Counted from the first letter of the stretch, positions 1 through 9,415 are shown. The stretch: 32,000 nt of DNA from Psychrobacter sp. HD31 (GCF_051097895.1 NZ_CP142525.1:900001-932000), one strand, 5' to 3'. Notes: generated by a model from the sequence alone, not told the origin. Numbers and translations are program-made.

Positions 1-2
1 CA

Positions 3-1211
3 GATGCCTTGATTATGTCTGACGCTGGCATGATTATGATGGTAAGAGAGCACTTCCCGGAACAGGAGATTCATTTATCGGTACAGGCCAATGCCGTTAA
101 CTGGGCAACCGCAAAGTTTTGGCATCAAATGGGTGTTAGCCGTGTCATTGTTTCTCGTGAACTGTCATTAAAAGAGATTGAACAAATTTGCCAAGAAGTC
201 CCAGAAATGGAAATCGAAGTGTTTGTACATGGTGCTTTATGCATGGCTTATTCTGGTCGTTGCTTGTTATCTGGCTACATAAACAAACGTGATGCCAACC
301 AAGGCACTTGTACCAATGCTTGCCGTTGGTCTTACAACACTTATAAAGCCGAAGAAAACGAAACAGGTGATATTGTCCCTGCTGAAAAAACAAATCAGCC
401 TCAAACTTTTGATCCTTCTCAAAACACTAATCAAAAAATTGATACACAAACCATTGCAGAACCATCAGCCATTGAAGGCATGAATGATGACAATGCCAAC
501 ACACCAATGATGAACCTAAATGGTGAACAAGTAATGGGCGACGATTATGTACAAAAGCCCAGTGACGAAGTGGTATTGCTAGAAGAACAAAACCGCCCTG
601 GTGAGCTAATGGCAATGTATGAAGACGAGCATGGTACTTACATCATGAACTCAAAAGACTTGCGAGCGGTTGAGTTGGTTCCTGATTTGGTAAAAATGGG
701 CGTGCATTCATTAAAAATCGAAGGGCGCACCAAGTCGCATTATTATGTGGCTCGTACTGCTCAGGTTTATCGTAAAGCCATTGATGATGCCTTGGCTGGT
801 AAAGAGTTTGATACCAACCTTATCTCAGCACTTGATGGGTTAGCAAACCGAGGCTATACCGAGGGCTTTTTGCGTCGTCACGTGCATAGTGATTATCAAA
901 CCTATGAATACGGCTCTTCAAAAACCGACCACCAGCAATTTGTCGCTGAAGTGATTGAGATAACAGATGCCCGTTTAACGCTTGAGATTAAAAACAAATT
1001 AGAAGTGGGTAACACCATTGAAATCATGACTCCAAAAGGTAATTTAACCTATAAACTAACTGAAATGTGGAACAAAAAAGGTGAAGCGATTGAAGCCGGT
1101 TTAGGCTCAGGCTGGATAGTACAAATCACCAACCCATTTAAAGAGATGGATAACGACATGTTGCAGTTTGCGTTGGTTATGAAAAACCTTGAAAAAGCAA
1201 TTTACACCTAA
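3..1211 (+). CDS. trhP: U32-family protein YegQ/TrhP (tRNA ho5U34 hydroxylation; formerly annotated collagenase-like peptidase), 5' end cut by the window edge
   Basis: The frame is open from base 3. Long collinear blocks match E. coli YegQ as I remember it (IMxVREHFPE..IHLSVQANAVNWAT; FVHGALCMAYSGRCLLSGYINKRDxNQGTCTNACRW; EDEHGTYIMNSKDLRA; HSLKIEGRTKS; RTAQVYRKAIDDA; RGYTEGFLRRH). The ATG at 9 is internal. Confidence 0.9.
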   Translation, partial: DALIMSDAGMIMMVREHFPEQEIHLSVQANAVNWATAKFWHQMGVSRVIVSRELSLKEIEQICQEVPEMEIEVFVHGALCMAYSGRCLLSGYINKRDANQGTCTNACRWSYNTYKAEENETGDIVPAEKTNQPQTFDPSQNTNQKIDTQTIAEPSAIEGMNDDNANTPMMNLNGEQVMGDDYVQKPSDEVVLLEEQNRPGELMAMYEDEHGTYIMNSKDLRAVELVPDLVKMGVHSLKIEGRTKSHYYVARTAQVYRKAIDDALAGKEFDTNLISALDGLANRGYTEGFLRRHVHSDYQTYEYGSSKTDHQQFVAEVIEITDARLTLEIKNKLEVGNTIEIMTPKGNLTYKLTEMWNKKGEAIEAGLGSGWIVQITNPFKEMDNDMLQFALVMKNLEKAIYT

Positions 1212-1279
1212 TCTATGCGCCTATACTGTCAGTACAACAACGACTGTATATTATGATAGATTGAGATATTTTGCTAAAC

Positions 1280-1300
1280 AGCGTAAAATACGCTCTTTTT
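1280..1300 (+). terminator. Weak candidate intrinsic terminator after trhP
   Basis: agcgta-aaa-tacgct 6-bp stem followed by cttttt. The stem is short and AT-poor only in part. Confidence 0.35.
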
Positions 1301-1329
1301 AAACTCAAAATGAGGGAGTAGCTGCCGCC

Positions 1330-1653
1330 ATGACCTTTGTTGTAACCGATAACTGTATCAAATGTAAATACACCGACTGTGTAGAAGTTTGCCCTGTTGA
1401 TTGTTTTTATGAAGGACCAAACTTTTTAGTAATTCATCCAGATGAATGCATTGACTGTGCATTATGTGAGCCGGAGTGTCCTGCAAATGCTATTTTTTCT
1501 GAAGATGAAGTACCCGAAGGGCAAGAAGAATTTATTGACTTAAATGCAGAACTTGCTGAAGAGTGGGAAAACATCACAGAAATGAAAGATAAAATGCCAG
1601 AAGCCGATAAATGGGACGGTGTTGAAGGCAAGGTCCAGTATTTAGAGCGTTAA
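1330..1653 (+). CDS. fdxA: 7Fe (Azotobacter-type) ferredoxin
   Basis: [51 protein letters not shown] has the classic CxxCxxxCxxxCP plus CxxCxxCxxxCP cysteine pattern, and the 107-aa length fits. A GGGAG Shine-Dalgarno (SD) motif lies upstream. Confidence 0.93.
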   Translation: MTFVVTDNCIKCKYTDCVEVCPVDCFYEGPNFLVIHPDECIDCALCEPECPANAIFSEDEVPEGQEEFIDLNAELAEEWENITEMKDKMPEADKWDGVEGKVQYLER

Positions 1654-1705
1654 ACGTTGTTTTATTAACTTGTTATTTTTTAGCAAGCTAACTACAACTT
1701 TGCCT

Positions 1706-1741
1706 AAAAAAAACCTACTGCTTAAGAGTAGGTTTTTTTTT
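1706..1741. terminator. Bidirectional intrinsic terminator shared by convergent fdxA and yciV
   Basis: An A-run, then aacctact / agtaggtt stem, then a T9 run. It lies 9 nt past the yciV stop on the minus strand. Confidence 0.85.
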
Positions 1742-1749
1742 GCAAGTGT

Positions 1750-2637
1750 TTAAATAAACTGCTCCCAAACACCAACCTGCTCTGCTCCTTTTTTAGGCAC
1801 ATCTCCTAATCTGCGCCATGGCATACTCGCACCATGAAAATCACTGGCAACCGATACCATCAAATCATGCTGAGCAATGGCTCTATCTATCATTTGTCGT
1901 TTGCTAATAGGTTCACAAGTTGCTGGCAACTCACACGCATCGCCGCCCAGTTGTTTAAACGCCTCAATTAACTTACGCACTCGCGTGGCTGATAAATTAT
2001 AACGTGTTGGATGAGCCAACACCGCCCTGCCACCGCACGCATGAATCAGCTCAATCCCTTTTTGCATAGTGAGTGCATCAATCTTTACATAAGCTGATTT
2101 GTTGTCTGCCAAATATTTATCAAACGCTTGTTGAATGGTAGACACAGCCCCAATTGCTTTTAATACTTGCGCAATGTGCGACCGACCAACGGCTTGCGGG
2201 TTGCCGTCGGCTTTTGCCAAAATCTTTTGCCATAAATCGTCTTCATTGACATCAAAATCATTGGTTGGCAATATTTGTGCCAATTTTGCCACAATCGCAC
2301 GCCCTCGGTTTGCACGGCTTTGCTGAAGCTGAGCAAGCGTTTCACTCATTTTGTCCATATCATCAAATCCCAACCCTACAACATGGATGATTTTGGTATG
2401 ATTTTGATGCTTGCCATAACCACCAGACAATGTATGCTCACAACTAATCTCTACGCCATTAATCAAGGTGATGCCTTGCGCTACCGCTGCAGCTTTTGCT
2501 TCATTAATGCCTGCCGTTGTATCATGGTCTGTTAACGCAAGCACCTCAATGCAAGCCTGCCCTGCCTTTTCGACAACTTGAGTAGGGCTAAAAGTACCAT
2601 CAGAGCAAGTACTGTGGCAGTGTAAGTCAATTTTCAT
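1750..2637 (-). CDS. yciV: PHP-domain phosphoesterase YciV/TrpH (RNase AM-type 5'-3' exoribonuclease / 3',5'-bisphosphate nucleotidase)
   Basis: N-terminal MKIDLHCHSTCSDG metal-binding motif, LALTDHDT, HVVGLG and LAHP blocks typical of the PHP (TrpH) family. Confidence 0.85.
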   Translation of the reverse strand: MKIDLHCHSTCSDGTFSPTQVVEKAGQACIEVLALTDHDTTAGINEAKAAAVAQGITLINGVEISCEHTLSGGYGKHQNHTKIIHVVGLGFDDMDKMSETLAQLQQSRANRGRAIVAKLAQILPTNDFDVNEDDLWQKILAKADGNPQAVGRSHIAQVLKAIGAVSTIQQAFDKYLADNKSAYVKIDALTMQKGIELIHACGGRAVLAHPTRYNLSATRVRKLIEAFKQLGGDACELPATCEPISKRQMIDRAIAQHDLMVSVASDFHGASMPWRRLGDVPKKGAEQVGVWEQFI

Positions 2638-2833
2638 AATTTATTTCTTTTGTAATAGTGAGTTGATTTTTGGTGAATATTTATGTGATTGCTTAACTTT
2701 AAAAAACGCTACATTGTTTTTTAACGTTTAGATACCACTTTAATAGTGATTATTATACAAAATTTAGCAATTCACAGTTTAATTTAGCAGTTATGCCGTG
2801 TAAACTAACAAATATTTTTAACGATTATTTTTT

Positions 2834-3385
2834 ATGAAACAATTTCTAGATTTTATCCCCCTTATTGCATTTTTTATTGGTGTCAAACAATATGGTGTCA
2901 TTGCAGGAGCGGGTGCATTACTCGTTGCAACCGTTGTCGTATACGCCATCCATTTTTTCAGTCAAGACAAAAAACTTGATAAACAGCAATGGATCGTATT
3001 GATTTTAACCATTGTATTTTGTGGCATTACCATTTTATTTAATGATGAGTACTTTATTAAAATCAAATCGCCTATTATTAATGGCGTTTTTGCTTTAGCC
3101 CTAGCTGGTAGTGTATTAATCAATAAACCATTAATGCAAATGGCATTAAAACAAGCATTTACATTAACCGACAGTGGCTGGAAAAAACTAACCCTAGCGT
3201 GGGCAGGTTTTTTTGCAATGATGGCAGGTGTGCATTATTACACGGCATTCCACATGTCTCAAGACGCCTGGATAAGTTTTAAAACCTATGGTTGGATTCC
3301 GTTTATGCTGGTATTTATGATTGCCCAATTTGCAGTGTTAAGAAAGCATATAAACCATACCATTGTAGATAAAAACAAAAATTAG
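2834..3385 (+). CDS. yciB: Intracellular septation / inner-membrane protein YciB (IspZ)
   Basis: MKQFLDFIPLIAFFI... start, about 180 aa, five hydrophobic segments, and conserved synteny with yciI. Confidence 0.85.
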   Translation: MKQFLDFIPLIAFFIGVKQYGVIAGAGALLVATVVVYAIHFFSQDKKLDKQQWIVLILTIVFCGITILFNDEYFIKIKSPIINGVFALALAGSVLINKPLMQMALKQAFTLTDSGWKKLTLAWAGFFAMMAGVHYYTAFHMSQDAWISFKTYGWIPFMLVFMIAQFAVLRKHINHTIVDKNKN

Positions 3386-3395
3386 GAGCTTAGCC

Positions 3396-3707
3396 ATGCC
3401 ATTATTTGTCATTATTGGACACGACGTGACAGACAGTACTGCCCAGCGTAAAATTACACGCCCAGAACACGTGGCACGTTTAAAAGCGTTACAGGAGCAA
3501 GGTCGCCTTGTGATTGCAGGACCAACCCCAATAGAACACAATGATGCAAACATGTCTGGCAGCGTAGTAATTGCAGAGTTTGACTCGTTAGAGGCGGCAC
3601 AAACTTGGTGTAATGATGAACCGTACTTACGTGATGGCGTGTATAGCCACGTAGAGATTAAGCCATTTATACAAGCCCTACCAACCCCTACCAATAACAA
3701 TAAATAA
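3396..3707 (+). CDS. yciI: YciI-family protein
   Basis: Collinear with E. coli YciI (RPxHxARLxxLxxEGRLxxAGP; VIAEFxSLEAAQxW; DPYxxxGVYxHVxxKPF). GGAG SD motif 7 nt upstream. Confidence 0.9.
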   Translation: MPLFVIIGHDVTDSTAQRKITRPEHVARLKALQEQGRLVIAGPTPIEHNDANMSGSVVIAEFDSLEAAQTWCNDEPYLRDGVYSHVEIKPFIQALPTPTNNNK

Positions 3708-3709
3708 AG

Positions 3710-4150
3710 TTGAGATTCATGCGCAAATTAGCTCTTTTAAGTCTATTAATTGTTGCCTTTAACAATGCCGTTGCTGTCCCTAATAGCCAACCATCTGTTG
3801 ATGCTAGCCAAAATGGCACAACAGATAATAGTCAAGTCACCCCTCAAACTCAACAAGCGGTTGAGGGGCAAAACACGCCGCAACAACCAACAAACCCTTT
3901 AGACAACCCTAACTCGTTTGCTTCACAATATGAGCCAACAAACAACGAGTTTTCTCAGGCTAATCAACAGTTATTAACACGCAATGCCCAATTGCAACAC
4001 CAAGTGAATGACCTAGAAACACAAGTGAATGTTTTAGTTAATGAGCGCAGTGGGCAATTATTTTTGTATGGGGCATTAACGGTACTTGTCAGTTTATTAA
4101 CAGGGGTACTGATTACTTGGTTAATCATAGGTCGACGTGAGCGTTGGTAA
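3710..4150 (+). CDS. Signal-peptide, coiled-coil, C-terminally membrane-anchored protein resembling the C-terminal half of YgiM (TIGR04211-like tail), with no SH3 domain evident
   Basis: N-terminal signal sequence (LALLSLLIVAFNNAVA), a Q/N/P-rich low-complexity region, a heptad-like region (LQHQVNDLETQVNVLVNE), then QLFLYGALTVLVSLLTGVLITWLIIGRRERW, which parallels the YgiM end (QWFMYGGGVAG...RKRKDRW). The codon at 3710 is TTG. An ATG at 3719 is the alternative start. Confidence 0.7.
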   Translation: MRFMRKLALLSLLIVAFNNAVAVPNSQPSVDASQNGTTDNSQVTPQTQQAVEGQNTPQQPTNPLDNPNSFASQYEPTNNEFSQANQQLLTRNAQLQHQVNDLETQVNVLVNERSGQLFLYGALTVLVSLLTGVLITWLIIGRRERW

Positions 4151-4185
4151 ACAGCCACTACTTTTTGTGCATCAAAGGCTAAACT

Positions 4186-6198
4186 ATGCAAAACCCAATC
4201 CAACCTGCTCAAATACAATGGCGAGAAGATGATAACGGCAACACCGTACCCGTTTCTAAAAACTTTGGTGATGTCTATTTTTCTCTTGTTGATGGCTTAA
4301 CAGAGTCTCGCTATGTATTTATAGAACACAACCAACTGCCACAGCGTTTTGCTAATCTTAAGGACTACCAGACCTTTATCATTGCTGAGCTGGGCTTTGG
4401 TACAGGACTCAATTTTTTTGCCACTTGGCAACTTTGGAACCAGCTAAAAAATCAGGCAAAAGCGCACCACACACACCTGCACTTTATTAGTTTTGAAAAA
4501 TTCCCACTGTCTAAAGCTGACTTACAAAAAGCTTTAGTGAGCTGGACGACAAAAGAACCTGAACTTGCGCCACTGATTGAAAAACTGCTTGCCGCCTACC
4601 CCACCTTAATTGAGGGTTGCCACCGTTTAAACTTTGAAGAAGACAACTTAACACTGGATTTATGGCTGGGCGATGCCAATGATAACCTTGCTAAGTTATC
4701 CAGCAATAACCATAATAGCAAAACACCTCTTCATACCTTACAAGATGGCAAAATAGATGCCTGGTTTTTGGATGGGTTTGCGCCAGCTTGTAATGAATCG
4801 CTATGGGCAGAACAGATTTTCACCCAAATTAGTCGGCTTTCTAAACCAACCACCACGGCAGCAACATTTAGCTGTGCAGGTGTCGTAAAGCGTGGTTTTA
4901 AACATATTGGCTTTGACATTGCAAAAGTAAAAGGGTTTGGCAGAAAACGAGAAATGTTAACCGCTGAGTTGACACAACGCAACCTTGTACCAACAGACAT
5001 AAAAAACACAGCAAAAGCTGATACCCAAAAAGTAAAAACAGCACTGATTATTGGTGCCGGTGTATCAGGGCTCATGGCAGCAAGAGCGTTAACTAACCGT
5101 GGCATACAGGTTACTTTAGTAGATAAAACGGCACCATTAGCAGGGGCATCTGGCAACCCTCGCGGCTTACTTGCCCCCAAAATGACACCAATCCACCACG
5201 TTGCCGAGCATTTGCATAGCATTGGCTATTTATATAGCGCCAGACTCTATCAAACGATGAATCGAACAGCAACCACCCCTATATTTGAAGCCACAGGGGT
5301 ATTAGATTTACTTGCCAAAGCTAACGTATCTGCCGAGCAAATCAATGCTTATCCACACAACTTTGCCCATGTGTTAGATCATACTGAAGCACAACATTAT
5401 GCAGGTATTTATAAACAAGACTTATCAACAAACCAATTTTTACCTCAAGGCGGGTTAATCAATCCACAAGCTCTAGCAAATCAAGTGCTGGCAAATCCGC
5501 TTATTACCTTTCAACAAGCTGAGGTTTTATCGGTTAATGAAAGTGCTGATATTGCAACGGCGAGTTGTATCATTAACAACAAGAATGCTAATTTACAAGC
5601 CGATAACATCATCATTTGTACTGCCGATAAATCTTGCCTAGTAGATAAACGCATTTTTGATTTTAGAAAAATCCGTGGTCAAGTATCTTGGTTTACCCCA
5701 ACTGACAAACAACTTAAAAAGCTACCAAAAAACCCGCTAAAATACGGCGGATACTGTACACAATTTATACCAAAAGTTGGGGATGATAAAGCAAACAAAG
5801 TTGCGGTCGGTACGCCTACTCTGCTGATGGGAGCAAGCTTTGTCCGTAATGATTCAGACACTAATGCACGTGATGAAGAGCATGACATCAACCTTAAAAA
5901 GCTAATTAGCGCAATGCCAGAGCTTAGCGATGTGGTTACCAGCACCAAGGGTTGGCAAGCTCGCGCGGGCATCCGTTCTCAAACGCCAGATTATCATCCA
6001 TTGGTTGGTTTGCTTACAAACAGTAAAAAAATATGGACGCTAAGCGGTATGGGAGCAAAAGGCTATGCTTATGCGCCCATATGTAGCGAAGCATTAGCAG
6101 ATATGATTATGGAAACGATTCCACCATTGTCGGCTCAAATGATAGCTAAGTTATCACCCAATCGTGACAGGTTGCAACAGCCTTTGTCTGAAGTATAA
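4186..6198 (+). CDS. mnmC: Bifunctional tRNA (mnm5s2U34) methyltransferase / FAD-dependent cmnm5s2U34 oxidoreductase
   Basis: N-terminal QWxxDxxxxPVSxxFGDVYFS and AELGFGTGLNF (SAM domain), DAWFLDGFAP, then the IIGAGVSG FAD dinucleotide fold and a DAO-like C-terminal half. The 670-aa length fits. Confidence 0.92.
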   Translation: MQNPIQPAQIQWREDDNGNTVPVSKNFGDVYFSLVDGLTESRYVFIEHNQLPQRFANLKDYQTFIIAELGFGTGLNFFATWQLWNQLKNQAKAHHTHLHFISFEKFPLSKADLQKALVSWTTKEPELAPLIEKLLAAYPTLIEGCHRLNFEEDNLTLDLWLGDANDNLAKLSSNNHNSKTPLHTLQDGKIDAWFLDGFAPACNESLWAEQIFTQISRLSKPTTTAATFSCAGVVKRGFKHIGFDIAKVKGFGRKREMLTAELTQRNLVPTDIKNTAKADTQKVKTALIIGAGVSGLMAARALTNRGIQVTLVDKTAPLAGASGNPRGLLAPKMTPIHHVAEHLHSIGYLYSARLYQTMNRTATTPIFEATGVLDLLAKANVSAEQINAYPHNFAHVLDHTEAQHYAGIYKQDLSTNQFLPQGGLINPQALANQVLANPLITFQQAEVLSVNESADIATASCIINNKNANLQADNIIICTADKSCLVDKRIFDFRKIRGQVSWFTPTDKQLKKLPKNPLKYGGYCTQFIPKVGDDKANKVAVGTPTLLMGASFVRNDSDTNARDEEHDINLKKLISAMPELSDVVTSTKGWQARAGIRSQTPDYHPLVGLLTNSKKIWTLSGMGAKGYAYAPICSEALADMIMETIPPLSAQMIAKLSPNRDRLQQPLSEV

Positions 6199-6310
6199 AA
6201 AAGAGTTTTTTTACAACTTTTTACGCTTATGCTAGCATTTAAATGGATATTGCATTGATTTTTCTGAAATTTCCAATTGTATGTATATATGACTTTATTG
6301 GAGAAACTCG

Positions 6311-6604
6311 ATGAAAAAACTACTATGCTTATCAATGCTGTCACTTGCTATGGCTGCTTGTTCAAACAACGCAACTACCGAAGAAACAAAAGTAGAAGAA
6401 GCTAAATCTGCGATGCCAGAAACCTGCCAAGCTTATATTAGCGCTGTTGAAAAGCTGGTTGAAAAGCTGGTTGAAAAGTCACCAGAAGCTGGTAAACAGT
6501 TTGAAGAAAGCATCGCTGCGTCAAAAGCACAGTGGGAAAACCTATCTGATGCTCAAGTAGAAGAAGTAAATAACGCATGCAAGCAAATGATGGAACAAAT
6601 TTAG
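6311..6604 (+). CDS. Small helical lipoprotein, function unknown
   Basis: Lipobox LAMAAC after a basic n-region (MKKLLCLSMLS). GGAG SD motif. The mature part is acidic and contains the VEKL repeat. Confidence 0.75.
   Translation: MKKLLCLSMLSLAMAACSNNATTEETKVEEAKSAMPETCQAYISAVEKLVEKLVEKSPEAGKQFEESIAASKAQWENLSDAQVEEVNNACKQMMEQI
6446..6478 (+). repeat. In-frame 12-bp tandem repeat (gttgaaaagctg x about 2.75) encoding VEKL-VEKL-VEK
   Basis: Read directly: gttgaaaagctg gttgaaaagctg gttgaaaag. It starts at codon 46 of the lipoprotein ORF. Confidence 0.95.
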
Positions 6605-6661
6605 CCAATGCTGAAGTAATAGTAAAAAGCGAATAAGTCAAAATAACCAAATTAATCTATC

Positions 6662-6687
6662 ACCATCCACAATTAGTTGTGGATGGT
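6662..6687. other. Perfect 11-bp stem / 4-nt loop hairpin between convergent genes, overlapping the last codons of ubiA
   Basis: accatccacaa-ttag-ttgtggatggt. The ubiA stop codon (complement of tta, 6673-6675) lies in the loop. Neither side has a clean U-tract, so terminator function is uncertain. Confidence 0.5.
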
Positions 6688-7611
6688 TGCAACTAAACAG
6701 CACACCGCTATCCACAAAAAGGTATAACGCCCTACCCAAATATTGGCTAAAAACGCTGTAAAACACTTAGTTGGTTCAAGCGTGGCACAGCCTTTATTTT
6801 GACGATAAAACATCACCACCAAGGGCAATAACCCCAATAATGGCAAAAACCCTAATGCAGTTTTAGCAAAATAATGCCACAGCACAGCCCCCATCAAACA
6901 AACAAACGCTGCCTGCAATCCGGCAATTACCCACATTTCATATTTACCAAATAGCTTGCCAAATAAAATAGCCGTCGATTTTACGCCAATTTTTAAATCA
7001 TCTGGTCTATCTGCCATCGCATATTGGGTATCATATGCCACTGTCCAACACATATAGGCAATAAACAACAACCAACACCAAATATTAGTATGCCCCTGTA
7101 TGGCAATATGCGACATTGGGATTGCCCAACCAAACGCCGCTGCTAAAAACATTTGAGGCAAATGAGTAAAACGCTTCATAAATGGGTAAATAAACGCTAA
7201 GGCAACCGCACCAAAAGACCAATAAAACACTTCAATTGGTAAAAACACCAACAAGGCACAACTTGTCCAGCATAGTATCAAAAATGTCCAAATCGCTTCT
7301 TTACCACTCAAACGACCATCGGCAAGTGGTCTGCCTTTAGTACGCCAAACGTGCGCATCCACCTTACGGTCGGCAAAGTCATTAATGGCACAACCTGCTG
7401 CCCGCATTAATGTTGCCCCAATGGCATAAATTACAAAAACTTTTAACGAGGGCAGCCCTGCTGTTTTGCCCATTGCTTGCGCTTGCCCCATGCCTGCCAG
7501 CATAACAGCCCATAAAGTTGGCCAAAGCAAAAGTTCTATACCCACAGGTCTGTCAAACCGTGTGAGCTGAATATAGGCAAAGGCTTTTTGTTTTAGCGTT
7601 AATGTTGTCAT
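6673..7611 (-). CDS. ubiA: 4-hydroxybenzoate polyprenyltransferase
   Basis: NDFADRKVD and [17 protein letters not shown] aspartate-rich motifs of UbiA prenyltransferases, with multiple TM segments. Confidence 0.92.
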   Translation of the reverse strand: MTTLTLKQKAFAYIQLTRFDRPVGIELLLWPTLWAVMLAGMGQAQAMGKTAGLPSLKVFVIYAIGATLMRAAGCAINDFADRKVDAHVWRTKGRPLADGRLSGKEAIWTFLILCWTSCALLVFLPIEVFYWSFGAVALAFIYPFMKRFTHLPQMFLAAAFGWAIPMSHIAIQGHTNIWCWLLFIAYMCWTVAYDTQYAMADRPDDLKIGVKSTAILFGKLFGKYEMWVIAGLQAAFVCLMGAVLWHYFAKTALGFLPLLGLLPLVVMFYRQNKGCATLEPTKCFTAFLANIWVGRYTFLWIAVCCLVATIHN

Positions 7612-7709
7612 AACTTTTAATATTTGAAAGGATTATTTATCCGCTAATAAGTATAATCAATGCAGGTATCTTTCACAAATCCAATGCGTTTATACAAGGT
7701 TTATGTATC

Positions 7710-8576
7710 TTATTTTTTATTAAAGTACCCATCAAACCTTACTACATCATTTTCCCAACTTTCATCAGATGCTACATGAGCAAGGAAAGGGGCATTTTTT
7801 GGGCGTTTAACCACCACTCTGCCATTTTTTTTAATCGCTTGCTGTGCCAAATTTAACAAAGCCTGTTCTTGCTTTGCCGTTGGTGGTAAAGCCAAATCAT
7901 GCAATATTTGCATCCCCTTACCCACCTTTGCACCTTGGTAACTATCATTTGGAAACATAGGGTCGAGATAGATAACATCTGCCTGTAGGTCTTTATTTTT
8001 TGTTGCACTGCTCTCAAACCACTTAACCGAGTTTTTAAACCTAATATCCAACCGTCCCATGAGCCCTTCCCAATTTGGCTCAAGGCTCATACGCTGTTTT
8101 TCTAATATAAGCAACAACGCCATTAGTGGGTTTTGTTCTAGCATGGTGACATTCGCCCCGCCACTGGCAAGAATGAGCGAGTCATGCCCAAAGCCTGCGG
8201 TTGCATCTATCACTTTGCTATCTGCCGTTAGTTTACACGCTTGTAATAACAGCTCAGACTTACGCCCTGCGGTAACTATACGCCGTTGCAATTTATACCA
8301 ATCTGGGCGAGCTTTAGTAATAGTGAGTCTACCCTTTCCATCCCCCGCAAGAGTGCATAAACTACAAACAATATTATTTTTTTTATCCAACTCTGCCATT
8401 AAAAAGGGATTACTAATGTCTTTGGCGATTAATTTTAGATTCTTATTGTTAATTTTCTCTAGGGATTTCCAGTCGCATTCTATCGGTAAATTTACCAAGT
8501 TAATAACGCTAGATAGTTTTTCATTAACTTGGGGTAAGTCTTGGGTGGTGGTTAAAATTGTGGTTTGCATTCTCAC
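7710..8576 (-). CDS. rsmJ: 16S rRNA (guanine1516-N2)-methyltransferase
   Basis: VIDATAGFGHDSLILASGGANVTMLEQNPLMALLL, YLDPMFP and VVVKRP blocks match the RsmJ family. The start is a GTG at 8576, giving a 4-nt overlap with the uppP stop, or an ATG at 8570. Confidence 0.85.
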   Translation of the reverse strand: MRMQTTILTTTQDLPQVNEKLSSVINLVNLPIECDWKSLEKINNKNLKLIAKDISNPFLMAELDKKNNIVCSLCTLAGDGKGRLTITKARPDWYKLQRRIVTAGRKSELLLQACKLTADSKVIDATAGFGHDSLILASGGANVTMLEQNPLMALLLILEKQRMSLEPNWEGLMGRLDIRFKNSVKWFESSATKNKDLQADVIYLDPMFPNDSYQGAKVGKGMQILHDLALPPTAKQEQALLNLAQQAIKKNGRVVVKRPKNAPFLAHVASDESWENDVVRFDGYFNKK

Positions 8577-9415
8577 CCTCTAATTTCATAACCAAAGCCA
8601 AAAAAGGCAACAAGCACAAGCATACCTGTAATAATACGTAGCCACGCAAAAATAGTAAAGTCTCTTCGGCTTACCCATGCCACCAGCCAACGGATGCACA
8701 GTAAGGCAACAATAAAAGATACCAAAGTACCAATACCCAGTATCGTCCAGTCTTCGCTGGTTGCCAGTGCATCTTTGTGTTTTAACAAATCAAGCAAGCC
8801 TGCACCAACCAAAACGGGAATACCTAAAAAGAAGGAGAACTCCGCTGCTGCCTTACGAGACACGCCAAACCACAATGCCCCAATAATCGTTGAGCCAGAG
8901 CGAGACGTACCTGGAATCAACGCCAAACATTGGCACAAACCAATCATCAATGCGGTTTTGATGCTAACGTCTTCGGCTTCATTGGCAATAATCTGTTTTG
9001 GTCGGCTCTCTACATAAAAAATCAGCAAACCGCCAATAATAAGCATGACTGCCACCACCACAGGGTGGAATAAATATGCTTTGATTTGGTCTGCAAAGGT
9101 AAAACCAAGCAGCATCACGGGTATGGTTGCCACAATTAAGCTAATCCCTAACTGACGAGGGTTTTTTAGCCCTTCTGCTTTGCCAGTTAGCAGGCCCATA
9201 AAGGCATGCCACAGCCTACCCCAGTAGTCGTATATTACTGCCAAGATTGCCCCAAGTTGGATAACCACCACAAACAGGTCTGACTTTTGTTTTGTCCAAA
9301 AGTCCATGATGTCGGCAGATAAGATAAGATAGCCGGTGCTAGATATGGGTAAAAACTCGGTAATGCCCTCGACAATACCCATGATAATGGCTTTAAAAAT
9401 TAGTATGATGTCCAC
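8573..9415 (-). CDS. uppP: Undecaprenyl-diphosphate phosphatase
   Basis: GIVEGITEFLPISSTGY and IPGTSRSGSTI signature motifs of BacA/UppP. Polytopic, 280 aa. Confidence 0.93.
   Translation of the reverse strand: MDIILIFKAIIMGIVEGITEFLPISSTGYLILSADIMDFWTKQKSDLFVVVIQLGAILAVIYDYWGRLWHAFMGLLTGKAEGLKNPRQLGISLIVATIPVMLLGFTFADQIKAYLFHPVVVAVMLIIGGLLIFYVESRPKQIIANEAEDVSIKTALMIGLCQCLALIPGTSRSGSTIIGALWFGVSRKAAAEFSFFLGIPVLVGAGLLDLLKHKDALATSEDWTILGIGTLVSFIVALLCIRWLVAWVSRRDFTIFAWLRIITGMLVLVAFFGFGYEIRG

Noticed and set aside
9-1211. ATG at position 9 as the start of the first gene
   Set aside because: The frame is open to the window edge, and the YegQ alignment places this Met at about residue 100 of the full protein. 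The gene is 5'-truncated.
8059-8583. 174-aa plus-strand ORF antisense to rsmJ. Similar long antisense ORFs lie at 4731-5222 (in mnmC), 3338-3700 (in yciI), 18976-19320 (in ilvA), 8694-9017 (in uppP) and 28054-28365 (in creD).
   Set aside because: Each lies wholly inside a confidently identified conserved gene on the other strand. Their products are Cys/Ser/Leu-rich nonsense-like sequences, and none has a ribosome-binding site.
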